Source: a virus
Direction: 5' to 3' (one strand)
Length of the DNA: 64,000 bases
Virus record (IMG/VR): IMGVR_UViG_3300021376_000007
Below, one piece after another: positions 46,101 through 56,118 of the stretch (the stretch's first letter is position 1; each line of letters starts with the position of its first letter). A program made the position numbers and the translations under genes. The notes beneath the pieces are model-generated. The model did no database searches, was not told the DNA's origin, and saw only the letters and a program-made list of their open reading frames with translations.

Positions 46101-46803
46101 CCAAAATAGTGACACAGTCAATGTTTTAGACAAGGGTTATGTTAGGGTGGTTGATCATATGGGCAGTGATTTGTCGGTAGCAAATGCCGCTAGAGCCTCT
46201 TTTGCAAAAGAGTCAAAAGAATTTTCTGTAAAAGATGCAAGGTTAATTGACTTTCTTGCAAGAGAAAATCACATGTCACCATTCAGACACGCTTTTATAA
46301 CATATGAGTTTAAAGCTCCATTAATGGTGGCTAGGCAGCACTGGAAATATGTCGTTGGATCAGATCATACAATGGATTCTTGGAACGAATCTTCAAGAAG
46401 ATATGTTACAATGGAGCCGGAGTTTTATTTTCCAACTATGGAACAATGGCGTCTTGCCCCTGAAGACAAAAAACAAGGTTCTCAAGGTATAGCAGATCCT
46501 TTTATTGGATCTACACTGACGCAGCAGTTGGTGCAGCACGCAGAAAAAGGTGAGGCACTGTACAATATGGCAATGGAAAGTGGTATTGCAGCAGAGCAGG
46601 CAAGATTATTCCTTTGTGCATATGGTATGTATGTTGTCTATAGATGGTCTTGTTCATTGCAGTCTGTTGCGTTGTTCTTAAATCAAAGATTATCAGAGGA
46701 TTCTCAGGTAGAAATTCAGGCATATGCAAATGCCGTAAAACAGCTAACACAACCATTGTTTCCTATATCTTTTAAGTCTCTTGTTTCTGAAGGGTTATTA
46801 TGA
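46093..46803 (+). CDS. thyX: FAD-dependent thymidylate synthase
   Basis: HMSPFRH, VARQHWKY, NESSRRY, QARLFL, SQVEIQAYA motifs. Confidence 0.92.
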   Translation: MNSQNSDTVNVLDKGYVRVVDHMGSDLSVANAARASFAKESKEFSVKDARLIDFLARENHMSPFRHAFITYEFKAPLMVARQHWKYVVGSDHTMDSWNESSRRYVTMEPEFYFPTMEQWRLAPEDKKQGSQGIADPFIGSTLTQQLVQHAEKGEALYNMAMESGIAAEQARLFLCAYGMYVVYRWSCSLQSVALFLNQRLSEDSQVEIQAYANAVKQLTQPLFPISFKSLVSEGLL

Positions 46804-46964
46804 TATACAATATTCTTTTTGTATTGGTTTTCTGCATATCGATTAATTGGTGCATCAGTTTACACATGTTAGCGCAATCCAGAAAGAGTACAGCTACGAC
46901 CTATCTGTCAATAGCATTATCGCTTTTGTTGGGACTTTTGGCTGGAGTAATAGCCATACTTTAA
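46800..46964 (+). CDS. Small two-TM membrane protein (54 aa, not in the ORF track)
   Basis: ATGA overlap with thyX. MIYNILFVLVFCISINWC...YLSIALSLLLGLLAGVIAIL. Confidence 0.6.
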   Translation: MIYNILFVLVFCISINWCISLHMLAQSRKSTATTYLSIALSLLLGLLAGVIAIL

Positions 46965-47003
46965 ATTTTATTAATAAATAAAGACATTTGGTAGGATACA
47001 ATC

Positions 47004-47240
47004 ATGGCAGCTGGAAAATTAAATTATGTTGTTGTTTATGAAGGATTAAGTCAAGTATACGGTTGCGCTTCCAAGAAGATAGCGCTAGAATCTGCTCCAC
47101 CAGAAGGATATTCTTTGGACCAAAAAAAAATATTGTTTATAACTTTTGAGCCGGATCAAAAAAGCCTATGTGTTTATGAAGTTCCAAAAGAGGAGATCAT
47201 AACCGCAGAAATAAAAAAGAAAAAAAATGAAAATGAGTAA
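47004..47240 (+). CDS. Hypothetical protein
   Basis: AGGA RBS, 78 aa. Confidence 0.6.
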   Translation: MAAGKLNYVVVYEGLSQVYGCASKKIALESAPPEGYSLDQKKILFITFEPDQKSLCVYEVPKEEIITAEIKKKKNENE

Positions 47241-47469
47241 GAAACAAAACTTAAAAAAGAAAGTAAACGTAAAAATACTACCAGGACAAGCAATATATGT
47301 TGCAAATTTAGAAACGCTTCAGCATATATCAGAATTGTACAGGGAAATGTCAGGACAAAGTTTAACAGAAGAGGAAAGACTTTCTTGGCTTCAAGTGTCA
47401 GAAGAAATAAACTACGCAATATTTCAAACTTATTTTAATCCTGAGGATAGCGATGAAGAAGAATGGTGA
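47233..47469 (+). CDS. Hypothetical protein
   Basis: Overlapping operon-style ORF. Confidence 0.55.
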   Translation: MSKKQNLKKKVNVKILPGQAIYVANLETLQHISELYREMSGQSLTEEERLSWLQVSEEINYAIFQTYFNPEDSDEEEW

Positions 47470-47737
47470 TATTATTTTTATAATGTGCGGAGTCGCACTT
47501 GGCTATGCAGCTGGAAGAATTTACATGAAATACAATAACAACTTTCCCAGATCAGTTTCTGCCTCAGACAGAAAACACATCAATATGCTAAAAGAATTTT
47601 ATTTTGAAGATTACGGTTTGGCCGTAAAAAAATATCTAAAATACATTGGCATGGGATTGTCTTCTCAAGATGCACTAGATACAGTCATGACCATTATGCC
47701 AGTAGACCTTTTAATGATAGGCGAAATAAATGATTGA
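47453..47737 (+). CDS. Hypothetical protein with N-terminal TM segment
   Basis: GAGGA RBS. IIFIMCGVALGYAAG. Confidence 0.55.
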   Translation: MKKNGDIIFIMCGVALGYAAGRIYMKYNNNFPRSVSASDRKHINMLKEFYFEDYGLAVKKYLKYIGMGLSSQDALDTVMTIMPVDLLMIGEIND

Positions 47738-48545
47738 TTTATGTGTGGTCAACCACAATACTAGACCTCAGCTGCAGAGACTTTTGGACACTCTGCATCA
47801 CGATGCTGTAAGTCCAAATGGCGCGCTCAAAAAAAATTGGAACTTGTTTATAACCGACAATAATTCTACGGACGATTTTATACCATGGATAAGGGAGAAC
47901 GAACAAAGATACGCTATAGATAGAATGTATCTAAGAAAAAACATAGGTTACTCAGCAGCAGCAAATATGATGGCTCACTCTTCTAGATCTGAAATAATTG
48001 GAATTTTAAATGGGGACATTTGGATGACTACAGAAGACTGTAGAAAAATACAAAAAATATTTCAAGAAAATGAAGATATTCATATCTTAGGTCCCAAGCA
48101 AAGAGATGAAAACAGTTTAATAACACACGCTGGAATAGTTGGAACAAATACCGCTCCAAAACATAGGGGATGGAGAGAATTTGATTTAGAAGATGAGCTA
48201 TATAGAGATCAAATAGAATGTGTAACAGTATCCGGATCCGCCTATTTTGTCAGAAGAGACGTTTGGAATGCCCTAACTTCAAATTCAAAGTATCAACAAA
48301 TATATCCAAACGCAGTAGGCGCATTTCTTCCAACGCCACACTATTATGAAGAGACTTGGTGTTCATATTTTGCCAGACATTTAGGGTATAATGTAGTTTA
48401 TGACGGATCTATATCAATAGGCCATAGTTGGCACGCGTCAAGCCCAAAACCTGGAGAAGGAATTAGTCACGTAGACAAATACTTTCCTATGTCTAGGGAA
48501 ATTTTTAGAAAAGCGTGCGACCATTTCGGAATAGAAAGAGATTAA
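47730..48545 (+). CDS. Glycosyltransferase family 2
   Basis: DLCVVNHN, TDNNSTD, NIGYSAAAN, ILNGD, VSGSAYFVRR and YYEETW motifs. Confidence 0.88.
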   Translation: MIDLCVVNHNTRPQLQRLLDTLHHDAVSPNGALKKNWNLFITDNNSTDDFIPWIRENEQRYAIDRMYLRKNIGYSAAANMMAHSSRSEIIGILNGDIWMTTEDCRKIQKIFQENEDIHILGPKQRDENSLITHAGIVGTNTAPKHRGWREFDLEDELYRDQIECVTVSGSAYFVRRDVWNALTSNSKYQQIYPNAVGAFLPTPHYYEETWCSYFARHLGYNVVYDGSISIGHSWHASSPKPGEGISHVDKYFPMSREIFRKACDHFGIERD

Positions 48546-48547
48546 TT

Positions 48548-48949
48548 ATGAGTGATAAATTAAATCCATGGATTTATAATGCAGAAGTAAAAAAAGTTGT
48601 TGATGGCGATACATTTGATATTGTTATTGACCTTGGTTTTGACACACTAAGAAAAGGTAGGGTGCGCTTATATGGGGTAAATGCTCCCGAGAGCAGAACT
48701 TCTAATATAGAGGAAAAAAAACGAGGTTTAGCTGCAAAAGAGTTTACTGATCAGTGGCTGCAAAAAGCTGGTAACTGGGTAAAAATAGAAACAATTATTG
48801 ACAAAAACGAAAAGTATGGACGAGTTCTTGCAAAAGTTTGGGATAATAATGGGAATTGTTTAAATACAGATATAGTTGCAGCTGGACTTGCAAAAGAATA
48901 TTACGGTGTTGGCGATAAAACATGGACAGAGTTTAAGAAAGACAAATAG
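48548..48949 (+). CDS. Thermonuclease (SNase-like)
   Basis: VVDGDTF, VRLYGVNAPE, KYGRVLA and GLAK motifs. Confidence 0.9.
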   Translation: MSDKLNPWIYNAEVKKVVDGDTFDIVIDLGFDTLRKGRVRLYGVNAPESRTSNIEEKKRGLAAKEFTDQWLQKAGNWVKIETIIDKNEKYGRVLAKVWDNNGNCLNTDIVAAGLAKEYYGVGDKTWTEFKKDK

Positions 48950-48956
48950 TGCAGGT

Positions 48957-49361
48957 ATGGCTATTTCTGTTTACTTAGCTGGAGCTATGGATCATGTTGG
49001 AGACTACGCCATAGGATGGCGCGAATCCGCATCAAAAGCCTTATCGTTTTTGGGCTACAAGGTCTATGATCCAACCTCCATCCCAGAAGATCCTGAGATG
49101 ACCGCTGATGAAATTGTTCAAAAAAATTTATTTATGCAAAAAAAATCAGACTTAATGCTGGTAGAATACATGCTAGAAGATAGGGCATATATAGGAACTG
49201 ACTTTGAAATGGCTTGGGCGAAAATGAACAATCAACCAAGTATAATTATGTGTTCTAATCAGAATAAAAATCGACCATATATGAAATATATGGCCACAAA
49301 GCTTGCAGACAATCTGCAAGATGCTATAGAATATATAGCAGTTCATTATCCAACAGAATAA
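48957..49361 (+). CDS. Nucleoside 2-deoxyribosyltransferase-like protein
   Basis: VYLAGAM, YDP and GTDFEMAWA motifs. Confidence 0.75.
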   Translation: MAISVYLAGAMDHVGDYAIGWRESASKALSFLGYKVYDPTSIPEDPEMTADEIVQKNLFMQKKSDLMLVEYMLEDRAYIGTDFEMAWAKMNNQPSIIMCSNQNKNRPYMKYMATKLADNLQDAIEYIAVHYPTE

Positions 49362-49375
49362 AAAGGAAAAACAAA

Positions 49376-49567
49376 ATGTCAGAAAACAAGTTCAAGTACT
49401 TTGCAGTTACTACGACTACACTAGTAAAGGCAAATAATAAGGCTGAGGCGCAGAAGGTGGCCATGGGCCGTCGTAACGTTGATGGCGAACTTCTTTTTAA
49501 GTCAACAGATATTGAGAGAATCTCTTCTGTTGAAGCGAGAGAGCAGATTGAAGAGCTTACAGCCTGA
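49376..49567 (+). CDS. Small protein homologous to the N-terminal domain of the 20671 phosphoesterase
   Basis: Ungapped similarity over ~50 aa (see findings). Strong AAAGGA RBS. Confidence 0.75.
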   Translation: MSENKFKYFAVTTTTLVKANNKAEAQKVAMGRRNVDGELLFKSTDIERISSVEAREQIEELTA

Positions 49568-49582
49568 TAAACTTGCAATGTT

Positions 49583-49619
49583 TAACGGGGGTAAGCTGTT
49601 ATTCGGCTTACCCCCGTTA
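49583..49619. terminator. Perfect 14-bp hairpin (terminator or mRNA stabiliser, no U-tract)
   Basis: TAACGGGGGTAAGC-9 nt-GCTTACCCCCGTTA. Confidence 0.65.
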
Positions 49620-49635
49620 GATTATGGGAGATAAT

Positions 49636-50331
49636 ATGATAATTGCACAAATGGTCGGTAAAAATGAATCACAAAGATTTTTGCATGACGTTCTAGAAAG
49701 ACTATCTCAACAGGTTGACAAAATTGTATTTACAGATGACTGCTCCGATGACAACACGTCAGAAATAGCCGCCAAGTACGCAGAAGTATTCAGTACAAGC
49801 GAAAGCCTATTTGCCAAGCATGAGGGTCATCTCAGATCTGTTGCGTGGAGTAATCTTGAAAAGGTAGCAAAGCAAAATGACTGGATTGTTGCAATAGATT
49901 GCGACGAAATGCTATTCCACGAAGATGGTCTGTCTTTAAGAAATGTTCTAAAGCAGTCGGCATATGACGTTGTCAACGTCAGGTTTTACCACATGTGGAA
50001 CCCTACTCAATATAGGGTTGATAAGCTTTGGACACCAAACAATAGTTCTAGAATATTTAGGTTTCAATCAGGTGGAACATTCTTTGACCGCAAACTTGCC
50101 TGCGGATCAGAGCCTACTTATGTTGTTGATATGATTAGAAGAAAAAATTATTGGATTCATTCAGATCTGAAAATGAAACATTTAGGATATGTTAAAGATG
50201 AAGACAAGACAGCTAAATATGAAAGATACATGTCGATAGACAAAGGCGAGTTTCACAATATTCAACATATAGAATCTATAATTGACCCTAACCCTGTACT
50301 AATGAATTGGAACACTAATGAAAACCTATGA
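49636..50331 (+). CDS. Glycosyltransferase family 2-like
   Basis: KNES, FTDDCSDD, AIDCDE and HLGY motifs. Confidence 0.8.
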   Translation: MIIAQMVGKNESQRFLHDVLERLSQQVDKIVFTDDCSDDNTSEIAAKYAEVFSTSESLFAKHEGHLRSVAWSNLEKVAKQNDWIVAIDCDEMLFHEDGLSLRNVLKQSAYDVVNVRFYHMWNPTQYRVDKLWTPNNSSRIFRFQSGGTFFDRKLACGSEPTYVVDMIRRKNYWIHSDLKMKHLGYVKDEDKTAKYERYMSIDKGEFHNIQHIESIIDPNPVLMNWNTNENL

Positions 50332-50968
50332 TACAAAACAAACTATAATAAAAGTAACAGAACTTTTAGAAAGAAAAAAAAGATTTGCTTTTGTCACATA
50401 TACTAGATCATCTTTTTTTTCTGTATTTAATGATATTAAAGGAGAAAAAAAACCACCAAGAAACTTTGTTCAATCAATGGCAAACAGTTTAAATATACAG
50501 GATTCAAATTATTGTGCAGCTGCTCAGTTAGAGTTTATTGATTCTCATAGAAATAAACTTAATAAAGCTGGACTGTCAAACAAAAATTTTTATGACTCGG
50601 CTTTTTTAGAAAATTATATATATGAAAATAAAGATGTATTTAAAATTTTCATGAATTATTATATCAAAAATACAAATGTTTTAGTTGTTTCTTTTCAAAG
50701 TATATCAAATATAGGAAAATTCTTTTCAAAAGATTCTGCTTTCATTACAGTTCCCTACAATGATTTTTATGACAAGTTAGACTCAGTTATCGCTCAAATA
50801 ACAGAATTCACCAATGAATATGATTTAGCAGTGCTGGACTGTCCTATGTTTGGCTCAGCACTTGCTTCAAAAATATGGGAGAAAACTGATATGTCCATAT
50901 TAGATATGGGCAAAACTTTAACGGTTGCCAGAGCTGCAGATAAAATAAACAGAATAAGAAGCAGTTAG
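50318..50968 (+). CDS. GT-D-fold (DUF1792-like) protein
   Basis: C-terminal DLAVLDCPMFGSALASKIWE...ILDMGK pattern; adjacent to GT2 genes. Confidence 0.5.
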   Translation: MKTYDTKQTIIKVTELLERKKRFAFVTYTRSSFFSVFNDIKGEKKPPRNFVQSMANSLNIQDSNYCAAAQLEFIDSHRNKLNKAGLSNKNFYDSAFLENYIYENKDVFKIFMNYYIKNTNVLVVSFQSISNIGKFFSKDSAFITVPYNDFYDKLDSVIAQITEFTNEYDLAVLDCPMFGSALASKIWEKTDMSILDMGKTLTVARAADKINRIRSS

Positions 50969-50970
50969 AC

Positions 50971-51612
50971 ATGAAAAAGTGGGGGATAGATCAAGATGAT
51001 GATGAGTTTCTCACAGATATGTTGTTTGAAACTGGTATGCCTATATCTGAAATAGCAAAAGAATTAAACTTTACAACTGCGTACGTAAATAAAAGAATTA
51101 ATCAACTTGGCCTTTCGTGGGTTAAAGATCAGCGTAAAAAGATGTCCAAGGGTCAATCTATACTCACCTCTGTAATGCGCAAGCTTTTACCGGGGGAAAA
51201 AATCCTTAACGAGTTTCACATAGGAGATAGGCTAAAGCTTGATGTCTATTGCCCACGCTATAAAATAGCAGCAGAATATCACGGTAGGCAACATTTTTAT
51301 TATACTCAAAGATTTTTTGATTCTAAATATGAATTTGAGCAGGCAAAAATAAGAGATAATAAAAAAGCTCAGATGTGCGCAGAACTTGGAATAGCATTAA
51401 TAATTTTTAGATACAACGATTCATTAACGGAAGCGTCAATTTATGATAGAATTATAGAAGCCATAAGACAGTCAAACGTTCCTGCGGAACCAAAAAATAA
51501 AAAAACCATAAAAGATAATCCTTTGTATGGTCCAGCAAAAAAGAAAAACGCAGAGCAGCGTAAAAAATATTATCATAAAATGAAAGAAAACAAGAAGAAT
51601 GACAGACACTAA
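50971..51612 (+). CDS. HTH plus Vsr/DUF559-like endonuclease
   Basis: MPISEIAKEL HTH. LDVYCPRYKIAAEYHGRQH, RDNKK. Confidence 0.7.
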   Translation: MKKWGIDQDDDEFLTDMLFETGMPISEIAKELNFTTAYVNKRINQLGLSWVKDQRKKMSKGQSILTSVMRKLLPGEKILNEFHIGDRLKLDVYCPRYKIAAEYHGRQHFYYTQRFFDSKYEFEQAKIRDNKKAQMCAELGIALIIFRYNDSLTEASIYDRIIEAIRQSNVPAEPKNKKTIKDNPLYGPAKKKNAEQRKKYYHKMKENKKNDRH

Positions 51613-53071
51613 GGCTAGTGAGGCGCCTGCAGAAAAAGAAATGCCGCTAGAATATCAAATATTTGCCCTTTCTTTGAGGCAAAAGGGGGCAATTGAGTAT
51701 TTTGATGCATTCTTGCCAGAAGATATTGTGGGCACTATACATGGGCACACTGGCATTAATGAATTTTATAGGGCTATACTTGCATATCGTCATGCAACAA
51801 AGTTGGATATTGTTGATCCAGTTGCATTTAGGGTTTGGTTAGACTCTGAAACAGATATATATTTAGCCCTGGGTGGTGTCTCTGGCGTTGATACAATGAT
51901 GGACATTTTGATGTCTTTAACTTTGTCAACGCCAGAATCTATTACAAAAATAATAAAACACAAAGCTAATAAAAGAAAACAATTAGATTATTTACAGGAA
52001 CTTCAAATACTTATAACTCAAAAGGGGGAAAAGGATGCTAAGGATCTTGCAAGAATATCTTTAGTGACTTCCGAAATAAAAGATTTAGAAAATGAATTAA
52101 ATTATAATCCTTTAGATAATGTGACGACAGCAGATGACATTGCAAGGCGCGCAGAGGATCTTTTACAGATACCAGATTTTTTACCTACGCAATACAAGTC
52201 TTTAAATAGAGCAATGGGCTATACTGATGAGGGTGGATTTTTTAAAGGCGCAGTGCACGCCATAATCGCTGCTTCCGGAAAGGGTAAGAGCACTTTTGCC
52301 AAATGCCTAGTCAACAACTGGGCAGACTGCGGTTATAAAGTTCTATATGTAAATTTTGAAGAAGCTGTATCTCACTGGGAAAGAGTTTTAATGACTCAAA
52401 TAATAGGAAAGAATGTTTACGCTGAGTCAGCGAAATGGACGGAAGAAGAAAAGAAAAAGTATATATCTATATTTAGAGACAGACTAGATAAGTGGGGGAA
52501 TAGGTTCATGGTTCGCCATGATCCAGAAACACCTTACTTTGAGGACTTAGAGAGGTGGCTGAGAGATATTACCGGAGATACAGACAGAATGCCAGATGTA
52601 GTTGTTATAGACACTATTCAGTCCATGTTTACTAGAGGGGGTAAGGGGAAACCAAGATGGGGTGAGTTTGAGGAAATGATGGTTAGGCTAGAAAAACTTG
52701 CGAGAGATATGAATTGTGTTTTAATTATCACTGCTCAAGAAAATTCAAATCGAATGAAAGAAAAGAGAGAAGTGGTACAGCAGTCAGACACCGGAGGCTC
52801 ACTCGCCATACAGCAGAAGTGCGCCGTCACAATTTTTATTACTGAGAAAAAATTAATTAGTGGAGACGACTCAGAGGACGACAGCATCATGCAGCTTCAA
52901 ATTCCTAAAAACAGAATTACTGGCTCTACTTTTGTTTATGATTCTCCTTTGGTGAAATATGTAGATGAAAACAAAACTTATGAAGAATACGAAGCAATAA
53001 CAAAAAAAGATTACGAGCACGAAAGTGATTTTGATTTTCGCGAACTAGCAGACAGAATGGTCATAATATAA
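51599..53071 (+). CDS. dnaB: Replicative DNA helicase, DnaB-like
   Basis: Walker A AASGKGKST, Walker B VVVIDTIQ, ITAQEN, KNR. Confidence 0.85.
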   Translation: MTDTKASEAPAEKEMPLEYQIFALSLRQKGAIEYFDAFLPEDIVGTIHGHTGINEFYRAILAYRHATKLDIVDPVAFRVWLDSETDIYLALGGVSGVDTMMDILMSLTLSTPESITKIIKHKANKRKQLDYLQELQILITQKGEKDAKDLARISLVTSEIKDLENELNYNPLDNVTTADDIARRAEDLLQIPDFLPTQYKSLNRAMGYTDEGGFFKGAVHAIIAASGKGKSTFAKCLVNNWADCGYKVLYVNFEEAVSHWERVLMTQIIGKNVYAESAKWTEEEKKKYISIFRDRLDKWGNRFMVRHDPETPYFEDLERWLRDITGDTDRMPDVVVIDTIQSMFTRGGKGKPRWGEFEEMMVRLEKLARDMNCVLIITAQENSNRMKEKREVVQQSDTGGSLAIQQKCAVTIFITEKKLISGDDSEDDSIMQLQIPKNRITGSTFVYDSPLVKYVDENKTYEEYEAITKKDYEHESDFDFRELADRMVII

Positions 53072-53072
53072 A

Positions 53073-53867
53073 ATGCAAAGAGTAACATCAAAACAGCTAA
53101 AAGATTTTCAGATATGTGCAAGACTGTATGATTACAGACACGTAGATCAACTGCCCGAGAAAATATTGGGTAGGGATTTATATTCTCAAAAATTTGAAAA
53201 TACTATAAAAAGTATAGTAAATTTTTATTTTTATAAAAAACAATCTGGAGCTGCTCCATCCTACGCCTCGCTTCTTAATAGGTGGGAAAAGTTGTGGTAT
53301 CCAAAAAATACGACAGCACAAGACATTGCCCAAGAGCAGCATGAAAGCGCCTACGGCAATAATGCTAGCCTCACCACAAAGGCTGCAGCAGCTTTGTTGG
53401 GAGTGATAGAAAATTTTGCCGATACGGCAATCATACCAATGGCTATAGACGAAGATTTTTTTGTTTCAATAAATAATCCAATAACTATTTATGATAGTTT
53501 TGATTTGATATATAGTTTAAATGAAACAATATATGTTGTTAAGTGGGTATTTAATACTAAATTTAAAAAAGAATATTTATATACAACCGATTTTGCAATT
53601 TTAAATCTTGGATACTCAAATAGATATGGACAAAAAATTAAGAAAACCAAGTTTGGGTATTACGATTTGTTAAATTCAAAAAGTAACTTTACAGAATTTG
53701 AAACAAAAAAAGAAGACATAGACGTTTTAAAAGCTTGGTGTAATCAATTAAAAGAAGAAAAGTTTTTTCTTCCCAAAAGAGGGATGATCTCCTACTGTGC
53801 GTCCTGCCCTTTTGATTCTCCATGTTCAAAATGGAATATTAATAAAGCACAAGAAAGCTCACGTTAA
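53073..53867 (+). CDS. PD-(D/E)XK / Cas4-RecB-like protein, probably nuclease-inactive
   Basis: LKDFQICARLY and CASCPFDSPC Cys pattern. The D-x-K motif is replaced by VVKWVF. Confidence 0.6.
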   Translation: MQRVTSKQLKDFQICARLYDYRHVDQLPEKILGRDLYSQKFENTIKSIVNFYFYKKQSGAAPSYASLLNRWEKLWYPKNTTAQDIAQEQHESAYGNNASLTTKAAAALLGVIENFADTAIIPMAIDEDFFVSINNPITIYDSFDLIYSLNETIYVVKWVFNTKFKKEYLYTTDFAILNLGYSNRYGQKIKKTKFGYYDLLNSKSNFTEFETKKEDIDVLKAWCNQLKEEKFFLPKRGMISYCASCPFDSPCSKWNINKAQESSR

Positions 53868-53868
53868 A

Positions 53869-54549
53869 ATGGCAAAAAACATACTAGACGAAATACTTTT
53901 GGATAACAATAAGATTGTTCCAAAAAATGACGAAGATAAAATATTAAAACCTTTATTAGATGAAATAAATCTTATTGTTGACGAAGGCATAAAGTCTTTT
54001 GTCAGATCAATACTATTGAGGTCTAAATCTTTTTGGGTAATTCCCTCTAGTTTTTCTGGGAAGTATCATCCATCAGACGAGCACAACGAGGGTGGCAACG
54101 TGCTGCACACCAAAAGGGTTGTGCGCGCAGCAAAAATCATAAGTGAATCTTACTCTCTTCCTCAAGAGGATTTGGATATGATCATCGCCGCAGCCCTTTT
54201 GCATGATGTAACAAAGGGTATAAAAATAGATGGAGAAGATTCGTTTCATTACGATCCGATGCATCCGTATACTGTTGGTAAACTAGTCAAACGATGCCAA
54301 GAAGAAGACAAAAAATATGCTTCAGAATCGGAGTCCTCGACCATATATCTGTCTGAAGATGTAGTGCAAATAATCTTGAGAATGGTTAGGTGCCACCTGG
54401 GGCCATGGTCTCCTGTTCCGGAAACAATACCAATTACTTACATGGATATGATAGTTCATCTGGCAGACAACCTGGCTTCTAAGGTACACTATATAGTTGA
54501 CGGAGACAATATAATAGAAGATAGATGGAAAATAAATCGAGATGGATGA
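53869..54549 (+). CDS. HD-domain phosphohydrolase
   Basis: SGKYHP, LHTKRV, LLHDVTK, HLGPW and VHLAD motifs. Confidence 0.85.
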   Translation: MAKNILDEILLDNNKIVPKNDEDKILKPLLDEINLIVDEGIKSFVRSILLRSKSFWVIPSSFSGKYHPSDEHNEGGNVLHTKRVVRAAKIISESYSLPQEDLDMIIAAALLHDVTKGIKIDGEDSFHYDPMHPYTVGKLVKRCQEEDKKYASESESSTIYLSEDVVQIILRMVRCHLGPWSPVPETIPITYMDMIVHLADNLASKVHYIVDGDNIIEDRWKINRDG

Positions 54550-54718
54550 AGTAGACGAACGTTTGTTAAAAAGATTTACTGCCATCAAAAAAATGGACTA
54601 TTATATAGAGGAATCTATATACTATAGAACTCACTTTTCTAATTTAATAGGTCTTTCAAAAAATATTTTATGGAGTTCTGAAAAAAACATAAACACAGTT
54701 AAATTATATGAAGATTAA
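54542..54718 (+). CDS. Hypothetical 58-aa protein (not in the ORF track)
   Basis: Fills the gap and overlaps both neighbours. Confidence 0.5.
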   Translation: MDEVDERLLKRFTAIKKMDYYIEESIYYRTHFSNLIGLSKNILWSSEKNINTVKLYED

Positions 54719-55922
54719 TTTAGAGCAAAACAAATTTCTTTCTCAATGGAAATACTATGAGGTCGCGAGGTATGTGAGTTCTTTAAACAGGGTCATTAGA
54801 GATAAGCAAAACGGAATGCCTCTCATACTTGAATCGCATGAGATCGAAAATTATTCTGCAAAGAATGATAATACAGGGATTTATACTTCTGTTTTTGCGT
54901 ACAATTCAATAGATTTAGATAAAGCATTAAGGTTTGGTCCTCTCTATTTTGACCTTGACAGCGAAAACATTAACCTAGCTTTTGATGAATGTAAGAAATT
55001 ATTTGAATACCTTGTGCAGTTTATTCCAAAGTCATCTATTTTGGTTTATTTTACTGGGAAAAAAGGGTTTCACATAGAATGTGAGCCGATATCTTTGGGC
55101 ATTAATCCATCTAATCAATTGGCTAAAATTTATAGATTTATTGCAGGTGATATGAAAGATAAGTTAAATCTTTCTACAATTGATTTTTCAGTTTACGATC
55201 AAAGAAGGATGTGGAGATATCCAAACTCAAAGCATCAATCAACTGGTCTGTATAAAGTTCTGTTAAATCCGTACCAGTTGAAAAATTATATACATTGCGA
55301 CATTGCAGAAGTTTTAGATTACGCTAAGCACAAGCAAAATATATCCGTATGCGAACAAAGCTTTGACTATAAAGCCAATGAATGGTACAGGCAGTATTCT
55401 TATGAAATGGAAGAAAGCTTAAAGAAAAAGGATGATCCATTAGAGTACTTCAACAAGTATGGATCAAAAGTTTTTAGGGAAGTGCAAGAGTCGACTAGGT
55501 GTTTTGACAAGATCAATTTGATGTCCAAGTGTCCAGCTATTCAAAGGCTGTACAATCAGGCTGTTGAAAATCATAACTTGGAGCATGAGGCTAGGTTGTT
55601 TTTGTGCTCAATATTGACCTATACCGAAGACTCAATTAAATTCCTGCACGAAATACTAAGTAATTGTTATGATTATAATTTTGAAAAATCGTCTGCGCAT
55701 ATAAATGATTGGATAAAAAGAAGGAATATGGGCATAGGAGGAAGACCATATACTTGTGATAGAGCTAATTCAGCTGGCGTTGGATGCGGAAGCTGTGCTT
55801 TAGAGGCTAAAAATAAATGGGTCAAGGTTGGCAATCGCTTTGTGGAAACAAGCGAAAAGTCTTTACCTTCTCCATTTAGATTTGCGTACAAAAACATAAA
55901 AAAGGAAAAAGAAAATGGTTAA
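54708..55922 (+). CDS. Archaeo-eukaryotic primase with a fused PriL-like Fe-S C-terminal domain
   Basis: YFDLD, FTGKKGFH, YDQRRMWR, then KCPAI...LEHEARLFL...PYTC...GCGSC. Confidence 0.8.
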   Translation: MKINLEQNKFLSQWKYYEVARYVSSLNRVIRDKQNGMPLILESHEIENYSAKNDNTGIYTSVFAYNSIDLDKALRFGPLYFDLDSENINLAFDECKKLFEYLVQFIPKSSILVYFTGKKGFHIECEPISLGINPSNQLAKIYRFIAGDMKDKLNLSTIDFSVYDQRRMWRYPNSKHQSTGLYKVLLNPYQLKNYIHCDIAEVLDYAKHKQNISVCEQSFDYKANEWYRQYSYEMEESLKKKDDPLEYFNKYGSKVFREVQESTRCFDKINLMSKCPAIQRLYNQAVENHNLEHEARLFLCSILTYTEDSIKFLHEILSNCYDYNFEKSSAHINDWIKRRNMGIGGRPYTCDRANSAGVGCGSCALEAKNKWVKVGNRFVETSEKSLPSPFRFAYKNIKKEKENG

Positions 55923-56118
55923 CAATCCAGATGATGTTATAGGCGTGTGCTCAGAATGTAAGTCTGATCAGCCAATGTCCTATATGGAAAGAAATCCTTT
56001 TGCTCATGAGGGATCTGCTGTGCCGTGTAAATATTGCGGCGGAGTAGTTATAATAACTTATAGAGAAACAAGAGATAATTCCTTGAATCAATCTGATAGA
56101 GAACGAGGAGTTGGGTGA
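55915..56118 (+). CDS. Small zinc-ribbon protein
   Basis: CSEC...CKYC. Confidence 0.65.
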   Translation: MVNNPDDVIGVCSECKSDQPMSYMERNPFAHEGSAVPCKYCGGVVIITYRETRDNSLNQSDRERGVG

